Shown here in pieces: positions 49,307 to 62,020 of a stretch of 64,000 nt of DNA. The DNA is taken from positions 39,569-103,568 of IMG/VR virus record IMGVR_UViG_3300028591_000013. The stretch is one strand, 5' to 3'. Numbering within the stretch: the stretch's first letter is position 1; every line of letters begins with the position of its first letter. The DNA comes from a virus. Taxonomy: Duplodnaviria > Caudoviricetes. The notes beneath the pieces are model-generated. The model did no database searches, was not told the DNA's origin, and saw only the letters and a program-made list of their open reading frames with translations. Position numbers and translations under genes: made by a program.

Positions 49307-51455
49307 CGCTTATAAGAACGGTAAACCCGTATCTGAGATATATGATGCAGGGCTTCCTAGATATAATAGAGGAAAGAAGAGTGTGATCGATAGTTTGGAC
49401 GAAGAACAACTTGACACGCTACATCACATACATGACTATTTTTCTAATCTAGGGATGAGTCGTCAAGACATTGCTGGTATTGCTGCGAATATGTTTAAAG
49501 AATCTTCGTTTAGGCACAATGCTAAAGATAGCAGCGGATACCACGGATATGTATAGATGAGTCCTGATATGCAGACTGCAGTGAAGGCTGTTTATGGCAA
49601 TTTAGATCCCGACACACAGTTGTAGTTTGTGTACGATCAAATAACAGGCAACAGTAAAGTTAAAGGGTATACTAACGGAAGGGGCTATAAATACGGGCAA
49701 TATAAAACCGGAGGAGATGCTGCGGAAGCATTTAGATCTACATTTGAAAGAAACAAGGCTGGTAGACAACAATCTAGAATAGATTATGGAGATTAGTTTT
49801 ATGATTACTTTAACCAAAGAGCACTTCAGTAGACCATCGGAGAATAGCCTAAGCCTATAATACTTCAACCAGTATCTACTGCTGTACGCACTATTATTCC
49901 TCAAGAATAGACTAAAGCCAGGTGGGATGGTGCAGAGCAAGTATCTCCATACATAACCGGTAAACCTATGGTTAAACTTAGGCCAAGATTACAGCTGCCG
50001 AATTTAGTAGAGTTGATAGAGGACTCTGAGTGGGAGCCTGGGTTTCCTGGATTGAAAAATGGAAAGTTGCCTGGATATAAGATAGGCCACAATGTGTCTA
50101 ATGCTAAATTAAATGAAGACAGCACGTTTACAGATGACTATACCAAGGTATTTGAAGATATGTATGTAACTCCATAGAAGACAGATCTGAAACGAGGTAG
50201 TTATACTTTAAATAATTTTCCATATTATCTTTAGCATCGTACAGACTGGGCAAAACCTTTTATGTCTTCCGGTACTAACGAAAAAGGATTAGAATTAGTA
50301 CATCCGGAGTTTGATTTGCTTCTTGGGGGGAGATAGATGGTCACCGAAATATTGCCGCTAAAACAATCTGCAAAAACAGCAACAGAATAGATAAACTTTG
50401 AAGATTTTGGTAAGGCTGTTGCAAAAATGAAAGCAGAAGACGATGCATTTCGCGCAGCTCACCCAGAATATGAAATAGACAACTTTCTAAAATCTAGAAA
50501 AATTTCCGATGATAGTAATATATTAGACGCACTATCAAAATTAAACCTAGAGGAAAAATCTACTAGGGATATATTTCATAAAATGCTATACGAAAATGAA
50601 AATGTTCACGGAAAACAAATCGTTAATCTTCATAATAATAGAGCCAGATTAACTGGAGATCCTGTAGATGAAGTTGGAAGAGTTTTCGACGTTGATGATC
50701 CAAAAGGTCGCGAAGCTGCTTTACAATGGCTGGAAGATAATTATTTTGGAAGCCGTGAAGGTGCAGAACGTGCGCTTAAAGACCCAGATATTATATCGAG
50801 ATTAAAAGGATTTTCTTTACCGAAAGGAGATAGACCTGTTTTTATTTCAAAAAAGAAACTCGTATAGCATCAAGAATAGGCTTTGGGCAGAAAGTTGACA
50901 GAATAGGAAGCAGATGATCTATATTATAAAGTTATATCTCACGAGAGGCATCACTCTTTCGATAGAATACACGATATTCCAGAAGGTTTTGATCTAAGTA
51001 AAATTAAAACCGGCGCTTATTTTGCAAAAGACGGTTTTGATGAATTAGCAGCAAGGGGTACACAATTAAAAAATATGTTTGGATTGATTAATAGACCATT
51101 AACCGGTGCACATTTAAGATATGCTGAATCACAATATTTTAAAGATCCTTCTAATATAAATAACAATATGATGGAATTCTTCAATCTAATTACAGATTAT
51201 AATAAAGCTGCAAGATGGTTATAGTAGAATGCTTCCGCTATTTTACCTGTAGGATTAACTACATCAGCTGCATATAGTGTTCCAGAATATAAAAATGGCA
51301 AATCTCCAATTTACATTAAACCTGCTAATCGTGGTAAATTTACTGCTTTAAAAAAACGAACAGGACATTCTGCTTCTTGGTTTAAAGAGAACGGTACGCC
51401 TGAACAAAAGAAGATGGCAGTATTTGCTTTAAACGCAAAGAAGTGGAAACATTAA
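49269..51455 (+). CDS. Virion-associated multidomain protein: tail-lysozyme-like domain, HExxH region and basic C-terminal motif; many TAG
   Basis: IAGIAANMFKESSF...GYV*M...AAEAFRSTFER; SHERHH...ELAAR; IYIKPANRGKFT...FALNAKKWKH. Confidence 0.75.
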
Positions 51456-51497
51456 TATAACAGAATAAACTGTACAAATTAACTTACATATTATAAT

Positions 51498-52667
51498 ATG
51501 GCAAAGAAAAAGAATACAATTCCGAGCGGATTTGATGATCTGTTGGGCAATATTTATTCTAACGCCGAAGAAGGTGGTGGAATAACAGATATTGATGCAA
51601 TTGATCAATTCTCAGATCCAATCGATGATGACAAGATACTTAATGAGCCGCCAGTGAAAGATCCTGAGGACGGCAATAAACCGGATCCAAATAAACCGGA
51701 TCCAAATGCACAAGAGGATAACACTCCGGTTCCTCCCGTGAACAACAACCAAGAACCACCCACACCTCCAGCAGAGCCTCCTGTAGAGGATCCTAAAGAT
51801 AATGAAGATCCTACAGAAGCCGATGTAATTGAAGCCGAACAAGTTGGCCTCTTCTTCGATGCTCTCGGACAGTCACTTGGGTGGAATATGGATGAGATTG
51901 ATGAAAAAGATAGACCTCTTACAGTAGATCAGTTGACAGATTATATGAAGGCTGTTGTAACTGAGAACTCCACACCTGACTACGCGGATGAGCGTATACA
52001 GGCGCTTGACGAGTATGTAAAGAACGGAGGTAAATTTGAGGATTTCTATCGTAGACAGCAAGAGGCTCTTACTCTTGATAACATTGATCTCGAAGATGAG
52101 AATAATCAAAAGGCAGTTGTACGTGAACTCATGCAACGTAGTGGCTATACTGACGAACAAATAAATAAGAAGATAACCCGTTACGAGGATAGTGATATGT
52201 TGTATGAGGAATCTGAGGATGCTTTGGATAGACTTAAAGAACTTCGCAAGAAGGAAGTAGAAGAAGCTCAACGTCAGCAAGAGGAGCTTGCAAAATAGCA
52301 AGAAGAACAATCAAGACAATTCTTCAATACAGTAAGTAAGGAGATTAACGAACTTACTAATATTCGCGGTATTGCAATTCCTAAAGAAGATCGTAAGGCT
52401 TTGTTCGATTATATCTTCAAGGTAGATCAGAACGGACAGTCACAATATACAAAGGACTTCAACAAAAATCTTTCAAAGAATCTGATCGAATCTGCATACT
52501 TCACAATGAAAGCTGATTCTTTAATTTCTAGTGCAAAGAATACCGGAGAAACATCCGCTGCTGATAAACTTAGGAAAATGTTAAGGCATAGTGCAAAGAA
52601 TCATAGCACTTATAATGCCGACGATAAATCAAAGTCAGTAACAGACCTTATAGGTGGTATGTTCTGA
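51498..52667 (+). CDS. Putative capsid scaffolding protein with one TAG
   Basis: Acidic, Pro-rich then coiled coil; directly precedes the major capsid gene; joined through TAG at 52296. Confidence 0.7.
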
Positions 52668-52688
52668 TGCACACAATTATAAATATAT

Positions 52689-54197
52689 ATGAATAATACT
52701 TTACTTAACAATCTCCAGCTGTATCGCGGACGTCGTTTCAGCGATCTGGTGGACGAGAACATGATTTCTAATGCACTTCTGACCAAGCCTCACGAGGTAT
52801 CTGGTCTTCTTTCACTGGTATTCGGTACTAAGGATGATGGTATTTCAACTACCATCGACCTGATCACTGGTGGACTCGGAAAGACAATGGTAATCGAGAA
52901 TCGTGAGTTTGAGTGGGCTGTGCAGGTAGATAGCGATCACGCTGTAAATATTCGCTGGGCTAAGTGGAATGGCCAGGAAATTACTACTGCCAACTACAAC
53001 CAGCTTACTCCTGGTGCCGGTAATACTCCAATCTATCTCGCTCTTGAAGAGCGTTGGTTTGGACCTGGCGCTATTCTGAGCTTCGATGATTTCCACTTCC
53101 AGGTTCGTACCACTGGTGTTCCTTATCAGGATGGTAGCGCTTGGGTATACGAGTGTTATGTAATTGATGGTTCTCAGGCTGCTTATATTCCTGGTGAGCT
53201 CATGCTTCCTGGTCGTCAGGTAAGCCGTATGGGTTCTGCTTACGAGGAGTACAGCGATGAGGCAGATATCATCAACTATCAGACTCCGTTTAAGATGCGT
53301 AACCACCTCCAGACCCTTCGTCTGAGCTATGATATCACCGGCGACGCTTATAGCACCGTTCTTGCTATCGCTCTGAAGGATCCCGAGACTGGCAAGTCAT
53401 CTTATCTGTGGGCTGATTATCAGTACTGGAAGGCTCTTCGTGAGTGGAAGAAGCGTGAGGAAACCGCTCTGCTCTTCTCTAAGAGTAACCGTCTGGGTGA
53501 TGGTACCTATATTAACAAGGGTACTAATGGTCGTCCTGTTCCCACAATGGCCGGTCTGCTCGAGCAGATTAGCCCTGCTAACATCCGTTATTACACCAAG
53601 CTTACTGCTGAGCTGTTTGAGGATTATCTGTTTGATCTCTGCTATAATATCCTTGGTACCAACGAGCGTCGTTTCGTTGCTCTGACTGGTGAGATGGGTA
53701 TTCGCGAGTTCGATCGTATCCTGAAGGAGAAGGTCGCTAGCTTTAATATGTGTGAGAACATCTTCGTTGACGGTAGTGGTCAGAACCTGACTCTTGGTGG
53801 CCAGTTTACTACTTATAAAATGACTAATGGCATCACGCTGTCTGTGAAGCGTTGTCCCATGTTCGACAATATGGAGCTCTTCCGTCAGCTTCATCCGCTG
53901 ACTGGTAAACCCCTGATGTCTTATACTTTCCTCTTCGTTGATATTAGCAACGCTGATGGTCAGTCTAACATCGTTAAGGTTTGTCGTAAGGGTCGTGAGT
54001 TCGTTCAGTGGTATACTGGTGGTTCTGTAGCCCCCAACGGTTACGCTAACAGCATCAACACACTGCGTTCTAATAGCCGTGATGGTTACCAGGTACACTT
54101 CCTTGGTGAAGTTGGTATTATGGTTCGTAACCCGCTGTCTTGTGGTATTCTGTACTGCGACGCAGAGGATACTGAGATCTCTAACAGCGGTATTTAA
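52689..54197 (+). CDS. Major capsid protein
   Basis: 502 aa with strong codon bias, after portal and scaffold, followed by a terminator-like hairpin; no TAG. Confidence 0.85.
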   Translation: MNNTLLNNLQLYRGRRFSDLVDENMISNALLTKPHEVSGLLSLVFGTKDDGISTTIDLITGGLGKTMVIENREFEWAVQVDSDHAVNIRWAKWNGQEITTANYNQLTPGAGNTPIYLALEERWFGPGAILSFDDFHFQVRTTGVPYQDGSAWVYECYVIDGSQAAYIPGELMLPGRQVSRMGSAYEEYSDEADIINYQTPFKMRNHLQTLRLSYDITGDAYSTVLAIALKDPETGKSSYLWADYQYWKALREWKKREETALLFSKSNRLGDGTYINKGTNGRPVPTMAGLLEQISPANIRYYTKLTAELFEDYLFDLCYNILGTNERRFVALTGEMGIREFDRILKEKVASFNMCENIFVDGSGQNLTLGGQFTTYKMTNGITLSVKRCPMFDNMELFRQLHPLTGKPLMSYTFLFVDISNADGQSNIVKVCRKGREFVQWYTGGSVAPNGYANSINTLRSNSRDGYQVHFLGEVGIMVRNPLSCGILYCDAEDTEISNSGI

Positions 54198-54225
54198 TTA
54201 GCGCGCATAAAATAAAATATAAGTA

Positions 54226-54260
54226 TTCGACGGGGGTCGAAAGACCCCCTGTTCGATACT
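54226..54260 (+). terminator. Hairpin after the major capsid gene
   Basis: GGGGGTC-GAAA-GACCCCC. Confidence 0.6.
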
Positions 54261-54279
54261 CAACATACTAATGTAAATT

Positions 54280-55032
54280 ATGGTAGTTGAATTAAAGATC
54301 AAAAAGAAGAATCCCTGGGGTAGTTTTTTGAAGTATCGTAATTGCTTTGATTATATTGCTCCTTACTATACTCGCTCCGGGTCGATATATACGGGTCTCA
54401 CCCCAGAAGATGAGAAATATTTTGAGAAAGCTTTAGGTTATGAAGAAGGACACCTTGCTAAGACGTCTGACTTCTGGACCACATTCTCGGTTAAAGTTGG
54501 AGCTCGCACACTATTGCTGGACGATTCTATTCCTCGTCAGGCTATGATGATTAAATTCCTTAGCGGACATAAACGTGTTGCCACTTCTTTAGATAAACTG
54601 GATGCTGGCAAAGATTATTTGTTGATCAACCGTGAGGCTGAAGCAATTGAACAGAACAAGCAGAATAAGCTTCGTCGTGATGCCATTAAAGAGTTTGATA
54701 ATCTTAGTCTTGAACAGATGCGTAAGTGCTTACGACTCTATGGTATGGCATCGGATCGCATGTCTAATGAACTTGTTGAGTCCACATTGTTTAATCAAGT
54801 AGATAAGAATCCTAAGAAGTTCTTCGAGAAATGGGTTGACAACAAGTCTAAAGAAACTGAGTTCCTGCTTGAAAGTGCTATTGCAAAAGGAGTTATTAGA
54901 AAGGATAAAACACATTACTTCTATGGTAGTGATATGTTTGCCGATTCACTTCAGGACGCAATTGCATATCTGGATAGTAAGAAAAACCAAGATCTGAAGC
55001 TTTCGATTATTAACGAAGTAGAGAATAAATAA
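54280..55032 (+). CDS. crAss-like protein downstream of the major capsid gene
   Basis: 250-aa ORF with no TAG. Confidence 0.8.
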   Translation: MVVELKIKKKNPWGSFLKYRNCFDYIAPYYTRSGSIYTGLTPEDEKYFEKALGYEEGHLAKTSDFWTTFSVKVGARTLLLDDSIPRQAMMIKFLSGHKRVATSLDKLDAGKDYLLINREAEAIEQNKQNKLRRDAIKEFDNLSLEQMRKCLRLYGMASDRMSNELVESTLFNQVDKNPKKFFEKWVDNKSKETEFLLESAIAKGVIRKDKTHYFYGSDMFADSLQDAIAYLDSKKNQDLKLSIINEVENK

Positions 55033-55052
55033 TTCTTTATAAACAACGAGAT

Positions 55053-55757
55053 ATGACGCCGCATAGTAATATAAAAACAAAATTCCTGATAGAATATGAC
55101 AAAGCAAATGTTACTTCGTCATATCCGTCGCTTACAGATTACGAAATTGCTACAATTCTTAATAAAGCGTATCTTGCATTGATAGCTTAGAAGGTTACAG
55201 GCAACAATCCAAGGCGTGCTCCATTTGAAGCAGATACAAAAGCTATTTCAGATATTCAAGAGTTAGTAACTTTTGTAACTCTTCCTCATGAATCAATGGT
55301 ACATCCATCTGCAGAGAATTCTGCTCTGTATGACCTTGATAAATGTAAAAATGAAAAGGGAGAGAGTGATTTCTTGTATTACGTATCTGGTACTATTAAT
55401 CTTACAGGAAAAATGAATCCTGTAACTTTAGTAAGCCATGAAGTAGCTCAAAAGTTTAAGCAATCTTCTACAAATAGACCTTGGATAAAAAATGCTGTAG
55501 CGTATATAGAGAGCAATGCTATAATTGTATTATACGATAATTATCTTTACAATCCAACAGGCGTAAAAGCTCCTGGAGAATTTGTTTTGACATACATACG
55601 AGAACCAGAGAAGTTTACATAGAACTTTGACGGTACTTTTGAACTTAATGACACAATGGCAGAAGAATTAATATCACTTGCTGTAATATTTGCTCTGGAG
55701 AACGTAGAGTCATCCAGACTTAATACTAAAGCACAAACGAGAGGACTTGAAGCATGA
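55053..55757 (+). CDS. Putative tail ring/adaptor protein with TAG
   Basis: EIATILNKA...YIREPE...AEELISLAVIFALENVES.R. Confidence 0.7.
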
Positions 55758-56449
55758 ACATGTACGAAACTAGACAACTTGGTATGGAAGTTGAGCGCAG
55801 GCTTCAAACTATTCTGCCAACGTTTAAACTTGAGAACAAGATAGATACTGAAGATATCTATGCATTTCTTAACCAATTTCAGAAGCAGTATATAGATCAG
55901 TTGTATAGATAGAACGACCAAGTGCCTTCAGGCTCTCGTACGGCTGTTCTAATCGAAGATCTCTTAAGTACCTTAACAACACACGCCATACTTACTAATG
56001 GCGCAGCAGACGGCTCTTTAGATATCAAAAACACAACGTTTACATTGCCTGATAATTATTATGCATATGTACGTTCTATATCTAATATAAGAGGCAATTA
56101 TAAGGATGCCAATAAGCAAGCTGTTGTTTCTAATGTTTTATTAAAACAGCCAGATGCAAATACTGTAATCAACCAGATATATGATCAGCATAGAATTCTT
56201 AGGAATCCTGCTGTTATACTCGAACAAGGAAAGATTAAAGTTATCCATGATGAGTACACTACAGTGAATAATGTAGATGTTACTTATATAAAACTCCCTG
56301 CAGAATTCAGCGTACTTACTAACACTGCATGTGAGTTACCAATGGAATGCTTTAATGATCTTGTTGAAGGTGCTACAGATTTATATATAAGACATCTTAC
56401 TGCCACACAACCAAAGAAAGAACAAAAGAAATAGGAGGCTGAAGAATGA
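55754..56449 (+). CDS. Putative tail ring/adaptor protein with TAG
   Basis: YAFLNQFQ...TYIKLP...CELP; coupled start and stop with both neighbours. Confidence 0.7.
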
Positions 56450-57138
56450 CAAACATTGAAATAATTGCTAATTTTGAGCGAGAGATAAATAAAATCGATG
56501 ACGCCGTCAATAAGCCTTCTACAGAAGATTCTCTTTTTTGGATGAATCAGGCAATTGCTAAGTTTATCAAACTTAGGACAAACGGCGACTTTGTACATAA
56601 AACAGGTTATGAACAAACTGAAAAAAGAAGAGAAGACCTTATTAAACTTTTCAAAGAAGCGTCTTTAGGACTGGTCCAAGGACAATAGGACGAAAATCCA
56701 AACTTCCTTAGATTTTCTGTTACTTATCCTGATGATTTTCTTTATGCTCTTAATGAGGATGTTGTAATTGATTCTGTGGATGGTGGTCACCCAATGAATA
56801 CTTGTGTATTCGAGTGCACAAGAGATAGTTTTATGTATAGAATAAACAACAGTCTTACGGACTTTCATTACAAATATCATAAAGCACGACCTATTCGAAT
56901 AAGAAAAGATAATGGGTGCGATCTGCTTACTGATAAGAATTATACAATTTCATCCTATACTTTAGGCTACATTAGGAAGCCTACTGAACTTACACTTGAT
57001 AATCCGCGAGCTGAGTACACGGATTTTCAAGATCATATAATGTACGAGATCATCAAGATGGCTGCTTAGATGTATATCGAAAATTAGGCAGATCCTAGGT
57101 ATCGTACTATTATTAATGAAGTAAATACTCAAGAATAA
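56446..57138 (+). CDS. Putative tail ring/adaptor protein with TAG
   Basis: FWMNQA...KRREDL...GYIRKP...EIIKMAA*MYIEN; apparent paralog of the two preceding genes. Confidence 0.7.
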
Positions 57139-57213
57139 TTTTAACGTGGAAACCCCAGCTAGTTAGGTCTAGACATTGAAATATAGGGGGAGTAGAAAAA
57201 ATTAATTTAAATT

Positions 57214-58260
57214 ATGATTACATACGTAAACACCGTACTTGTTAGCAACCTCGCTTCAGGTGCTGTACTTAATGCTGCTCCGCAGCCTGCCGCTTCTATG
57301 AGCGCTGTTTCTGCTGATGCTGGTAAGTTCATTATCATGAACTGTGACCCCAACATCGCTCCTGATGATCTCTACAATGTTACTGCTGGTAACGCTGGCG
57401 ACATTGAGACCATTAAGATTGGTATCGTTACTAAGAAGAACACCGTTCTTCGTCAGGGTAACGCTGTTACTTACATGCCTATCATCAAGTGGTCAAACGA
57501 GATCAAGGCTGCTGATATTAAGAGCCTGAGCGTACTTGCTTACGCTGCTGATACTGAGGATGAGATTACGATCGACTTCTCTGGTCTGACTGCTAATCTT
57601 GAGAACCTCTTCGCAGAAGGTGGCAAGCGTATTATCGTTCGTCTTACTTTCAAGGATATGCCTCACCGCTATCGTAAGTGGACAGAGTCTTATGAGTATG
57701 TTACTGAGATTGGTGACACAAAGAACACCATCGCTCAGAACATCGCTTTCATGATCAATAAGGAGTGGAAGCGCGCTCGTGTAGAAGCTGTTGCTAATGG
57801 CGCTAAGGTTGTTATCACAGCACTTCCTTATGACGACGATGATGCTAACGACACACTGAACTGGGCTAACAAGGTTCGTTTCAATGCTAATGTTTATTAC
57901 ACCGATCCTGCTGCAGACGGATGGGAGTCAACAAACAAGCATTTCCCCACTGGTGTTAAGATTGACAAGGTTCCTGGTGTGCAGTATCCTGCATCTGCCA
58001 AGCTGGTTCGCGATCGCGAGTCTCAGGCTATGGGCTACCTTGGAATCCTGAACCGTGGTGAGGGTACATGGCCGATCATTAAGCCGGCTATGGAAGCTGA
58101 TATCAACGCTTGTTATGATGCTATCACTCTCGAGTTCGAGAATATGTATCGTGCTGCTGATGATATCTTCCGCAAGACGAAGCAGACTGTAGAGATTTAT
58201 GGTATTCAGGGTCAGCTTTCTGACATCCAGGCCATTCTCGAAGCCTTCGCTACTGCTTAA
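57214..58260 (+). CDS. Abundant structural protein
   Basis: 348 aa, codon bias similar to the major capsid gene, no TAG, followed by a terminator. Confidence 0.75.
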   Translation: MITYVNTVLVSNLASGAVLNAAPQPAASMSAVSADAGKFIIMNCDPNIAPDDLYNVTAGNAGDIETIKIGIVTKKNTVLRQGNAVTYMPIIKWSNEIKAADIKSLSVLAYAADTEDEITIDFSGLTANLENLFAEGGKRIIVRLTFKDMPHRYRKWTESYEYVTEIGDTKNTIAQNIAFMINKEWKRARVEAVANGAKVVITALPYDDDDANDTLNWANKVRFNANVYYTDPAADGWESTNKHFPTGVKIDKVPGVQYPASAKLVRDRESQAMGYLGILNRGEGTWPIIKPAMEADINACYDAITLEFENMYRAADDIFRKTKQTVEIYGIQGQLSDIQAILEAFATA

Positions 58261-58280
58261 TTTTTATCAAAATTATAAAA

Positions 58281-58322
58281 CTGGCTGCGGGTGGGCAACG
58301 CCCATCTGTGGCCTTTTTTATT
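58281..58322 (+). terminator. Rho-independent terminator
   Basis: GGCTGCGGGTGGGC-AAC-GCCCATCTGTGGCC-TTTTT. Confidence 0.7.
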
Positions 58323-58335
58323 AACATATTGCAAT

Positions 58336-59835
58336 ATGAGAAAAATTAGAATTGGTAATGACATTAGGTTGAAACTTACAATCGAACCGAATACTCAAGC
58401 AGGGTTTGATAAGATTGATGAGTTTGATCAAACTAATGTTAAACAATTAAGATGCTACCTTATCAATACTGATTTCTTCAGGCCTAAGAAAGATGATGTA
58501 CATCCTAAACCATTCTTGAGAGTAGGATTTCCTGAATTCTATCATCCAACACACCATAATATAAACAACACTGGATTCCCTAGTTATCATATGCGTCCGG
58601 CTAATTTGTGTAACTATGATAGATTTTCTCCAGATTTCCATGACTTTCATTGGTGGCCTGGTTACAGAGGATTTGGTTTGCATCCAGAACACTTTCACGA
58701 CCACTGTTGTCATCTCGAACACGGTCCACGTCCAAAGCCTTCGTGTTGCGGATTTGTACCATTTGGACATCCTGGTTGGTGTGATCCACACATCGGACAT
58801 CCACATATGCCATGCTGGATGAATCCCCCATTACCACCTTGTGCTGAACCGCATCATCCAGAACCAGAGCCCTATGATATCTTTGGTCGTACTATGGAAG
58901 ATCACAGACATCCAAACCCATTCCTTCCTTATTATCTTGCAGATTCTTAGGTATTGAATGAAAAGAATACACTCACGTGTTTCTTCCCTGCAGTATAGCA
59001 GAAGATGTGTGGTGTATATAAATTAGTGGTTGTTCTGACAGTATTTGAACAAGGTTGGGGGCGTCACAATTTACGTACATATACGATAGATAAAGGTGAT
59101 GTTTTTGAGCTTGTAGATGATGAAACAGGCGAGTCTGGTGCTATTACAATAACACCTGATTCCGATGGACAACGTGAAAATGTATTCAAACTGTTTTATC
59201 CAGAGAATAAGGATTATATTATGGCAAGTAATACTACAATGAGAATTGGTGAATTTGATTCTACTGGTCTTGATTACAATGTATATGCTTTGCTTAAAGA
59301 TGGTACAACTGTTCTTTATAATCCTTTAGATTGGCATTTTACAGAGCTTAAGTTTGAATCTTCCGACGAAAGTATTGTTAAAATAGATAAGGATGGTACT
59401 ATACACGCTCAAGATATTAACGAAGCTGAGGCAGTAGCTACTATTACTGTAACAGATATAGATGACGTTAATAATGAACGCGCATGTACATTTACTGTTA
59501 CGGTTAAGTATATGGATACTATTAAAATTGGATTTAGTCCTATCAGCAGTCCTGAAGAAATTAGTTCTGATTCCGCTGGTATCAACAACTATAAGATCAA
59601 GACTGGTAGATATTCTATAATGAACGAGAAGTCAGGAAACTACCTTTGGATTTTCTCTCAGCGTAAGATTCATTATATTAAATCTGTAGAGACGAATGAT
59701 GAACTTGCAGCTGAATTATCTTCTGGATTTAGAGTTCCCATGACTAATTCTATCATTAAAGATGGGTACTTCTGTTATCGTAGCGTAGCTCCTATTTTAA
59801 ATGGTACAATGAACTTTAAAATCAAATTTGCATGA
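58336..59835 (+). CDS. Tail protein with a His/Pro/Cys-rich insert and an Ig-like domain; two TAG
   Basis: MRKIRIGNDI...; FESSDESIVKIDKDGTI (Big_2-like); joined through TAG at 58948 and about 58995. Confidence 0.7.
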
Positions 59836-60425
59836 TGAATTGTAGTTTAAATAATTGCCAGTGCTGTAACTGTAACGGAGGGTATTGTCCTAATTCAGCA
59901 ATGCCTGGTAATGAAAGTAAAGAGATAAGAGTATACGGTACTCTTAAAAACTGGACCTACGATCCTCAAAGATCGAACGGAACTACTGCTGATCCTGATT
60001 ATCATAATGATGCTCTTGCATATGCATATCAGTTGTATGATAATAGATTCTTTCCAGATCAAAATACAATTGAGAATTATCAGGATATGATCAATAAACG
60101 CCTGACTGCAATTTCTTATGCAGATGGTGTTACTACTATTGAGAATAGGGATGGTTCTAAGGGAGATCCTTATATGCTTATTGTCAATGGTAATACAAAC
60201 ATCGGTGGTGATATCCACATTGATGGAGACTTGTATTACAAAGACGAACAAGGCAACGAGCATAAGATTGATCTTTCTGAACTATTTGACCGTATTGCTA
60301 AGCTAGAAAGTATGTGGGAGATTAATCCTGATGACGATACCCAGATTATAGCTAAGACTTATAATGGGAGACGTCGTTCTGCTGCAGCTTATGGTTTTTA
60401 TGATGTAGATCCACAAATGAATTAA
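59832..60425 (+). CDS. Tail-associated protein with a Cys-rich N-terminus
   Basis: 197-aa ORF. Confidence 0.7.
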   Translation: MMNCSLNNCQCCNCNGGYCPNSAMPGNESKEIRVYGTLKNWTYDPQRSNGTTADPDYHNDALAYAYQLYDNRFFPDQNTIENYQDMINKRLTAISYADGVTTIENRDGSKGDPYMLIVNGNTNIGGDIHIDGDLYYKDEQGNEHKIDLSELFDRIAKLESMWEINPDDDTQIIAKTYNGRRRSAAAYGFYDVDPQMN

Positions 60426-60437
60426 TACTGAACGAAT

Positions 60438-62018
60438 ATGGTAAGATGTTATAAAAATTGTGCTAACTGTGGTTATCACGAGCACGCAGAACCATGCTGT
60501 CCAAAACCATGTTGCGGTCCAGCACCATGTTGTCCAGGTGTTCCTTGTGAACACAGTATTCATTGTGCCGATCCTGTATGCATGCGTCCGTGCTGGGATA
60601 CATGTAAGTGCATGGACGAGATTCTGAAACTCCAGAAGAATGAGGACAAAGATCAGGCTGTTATCAACAATTTGGAAGGAAGAGTTGAGAAAGTTGAAAA
60701 AGACTTCATTGAATTTAATGGAGATATTACTGAACAGTTTGGTCGTCTTGCTCAGAAAGAACAGCATGATTTTGATTGTCTTAATGATAAGATAGACGAA
60801 GAGAAGGATCGTGCTATTGCCGAGGAGCAGCGTATTGAAGCTCGTGTAGCTACTGAAGAACAACGTGCACAGCAGAGAGAAGCAGAGCTTGCTGACGCTA
60901 TCGGTGAAGAAAGAGAACGCGCTATTAATAGGGAAAACGAGATTGACAACCGTGTTGCTGCAGAAGAAGCTAGGGCTCAAGCAAAAGAAAATGAGCTTAA
61001 TCAGGCAATTAACGATGAGGTAACAAGAGCTACTGATAGAGAGAATCAAATCGACAACCGTATAGCAAATGAGGAAACTCGTGCTCAGGCTAAAGAAGAT
61101 GAAATAAGCTCTGCTCTCAATAGAGAAATAAGTAGAGCTACTAGCAACGAAGATCGTATTGAAGATCTTGTCAGTGCAGAAGAAACTCGCGCAGAAAACA
61201 GAGAAGATGAGATTGCTGCAAACCTTGCTGCAGAATCTTCTGATCGTTTGATGAATGCTATCACAGATGCTGAATACGTTCCTTCTCAAAAGAAGATCAA
61301 CTTTAAGCGTCAGAACGGTGATGTTGTCGCTGTTGTAGATGCTACTGATTTTGTTCGTGACGGAATGGTCGATAGTGTAGTTTGGAATAACAGACAGCTG
61401 ATTATTACTTGGAATACTGATTCTGGTAAACAGCAAACAATTATTCCTGGAGATTAGATCTTTAATCCAGATAACTATTATACGAAAGCAGACATTGATC
61501 AAAAGACCACTGCTATTAATACTGATATTAATCTGCTTAATACTAATCTTGCTACAACTAACTCGAACCTCACATCGTTAACAAATAAAGTAAATAACAC
61601 TGTTGACTACGGACAAACGATCGATTGGGGTACTACTGAGACTCTTGCTCTTGTAAACGGTACGCCGATTACTGCAGGTATTCCTGAGTTCCCAAATGTT
61701 GTTTCAAACGTTTTGGTGGATAACAATGGTCACCTTGTTGTTTATGATACAGATCATCCGCAAGAACCTCGTACATATGATTTGCCTGCCGGTTATATCA
61801 ACCGTGTAACGCATCTTGAAGAGCTTACGGAACAGCAACAAACAACTATTAACAACCTTGTTAATAACGTTATTCCTGCATTGGAAGCAAGAATTCAAGC
61901 ACTTGAGGCTGATAACCTGTGGCAGATTAATCCTAATAACAGTAATCAGGTTATTGCTAAGAACAACAGATCTGCTGCTGCATACGGATTCTATGATACT
62001 GATCCTAACATGATTTGA
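60438..62018 (+). CDS. Coiled-coil tail fibre with a Cys-rich N-terminus; one TAG
   Basis: 18-aa E..RA...E repeats and DATDFVRDGMVDSV; joined through TAG at 61455. Confidence 0.78.
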
Positions 62019-62020
62019 TT

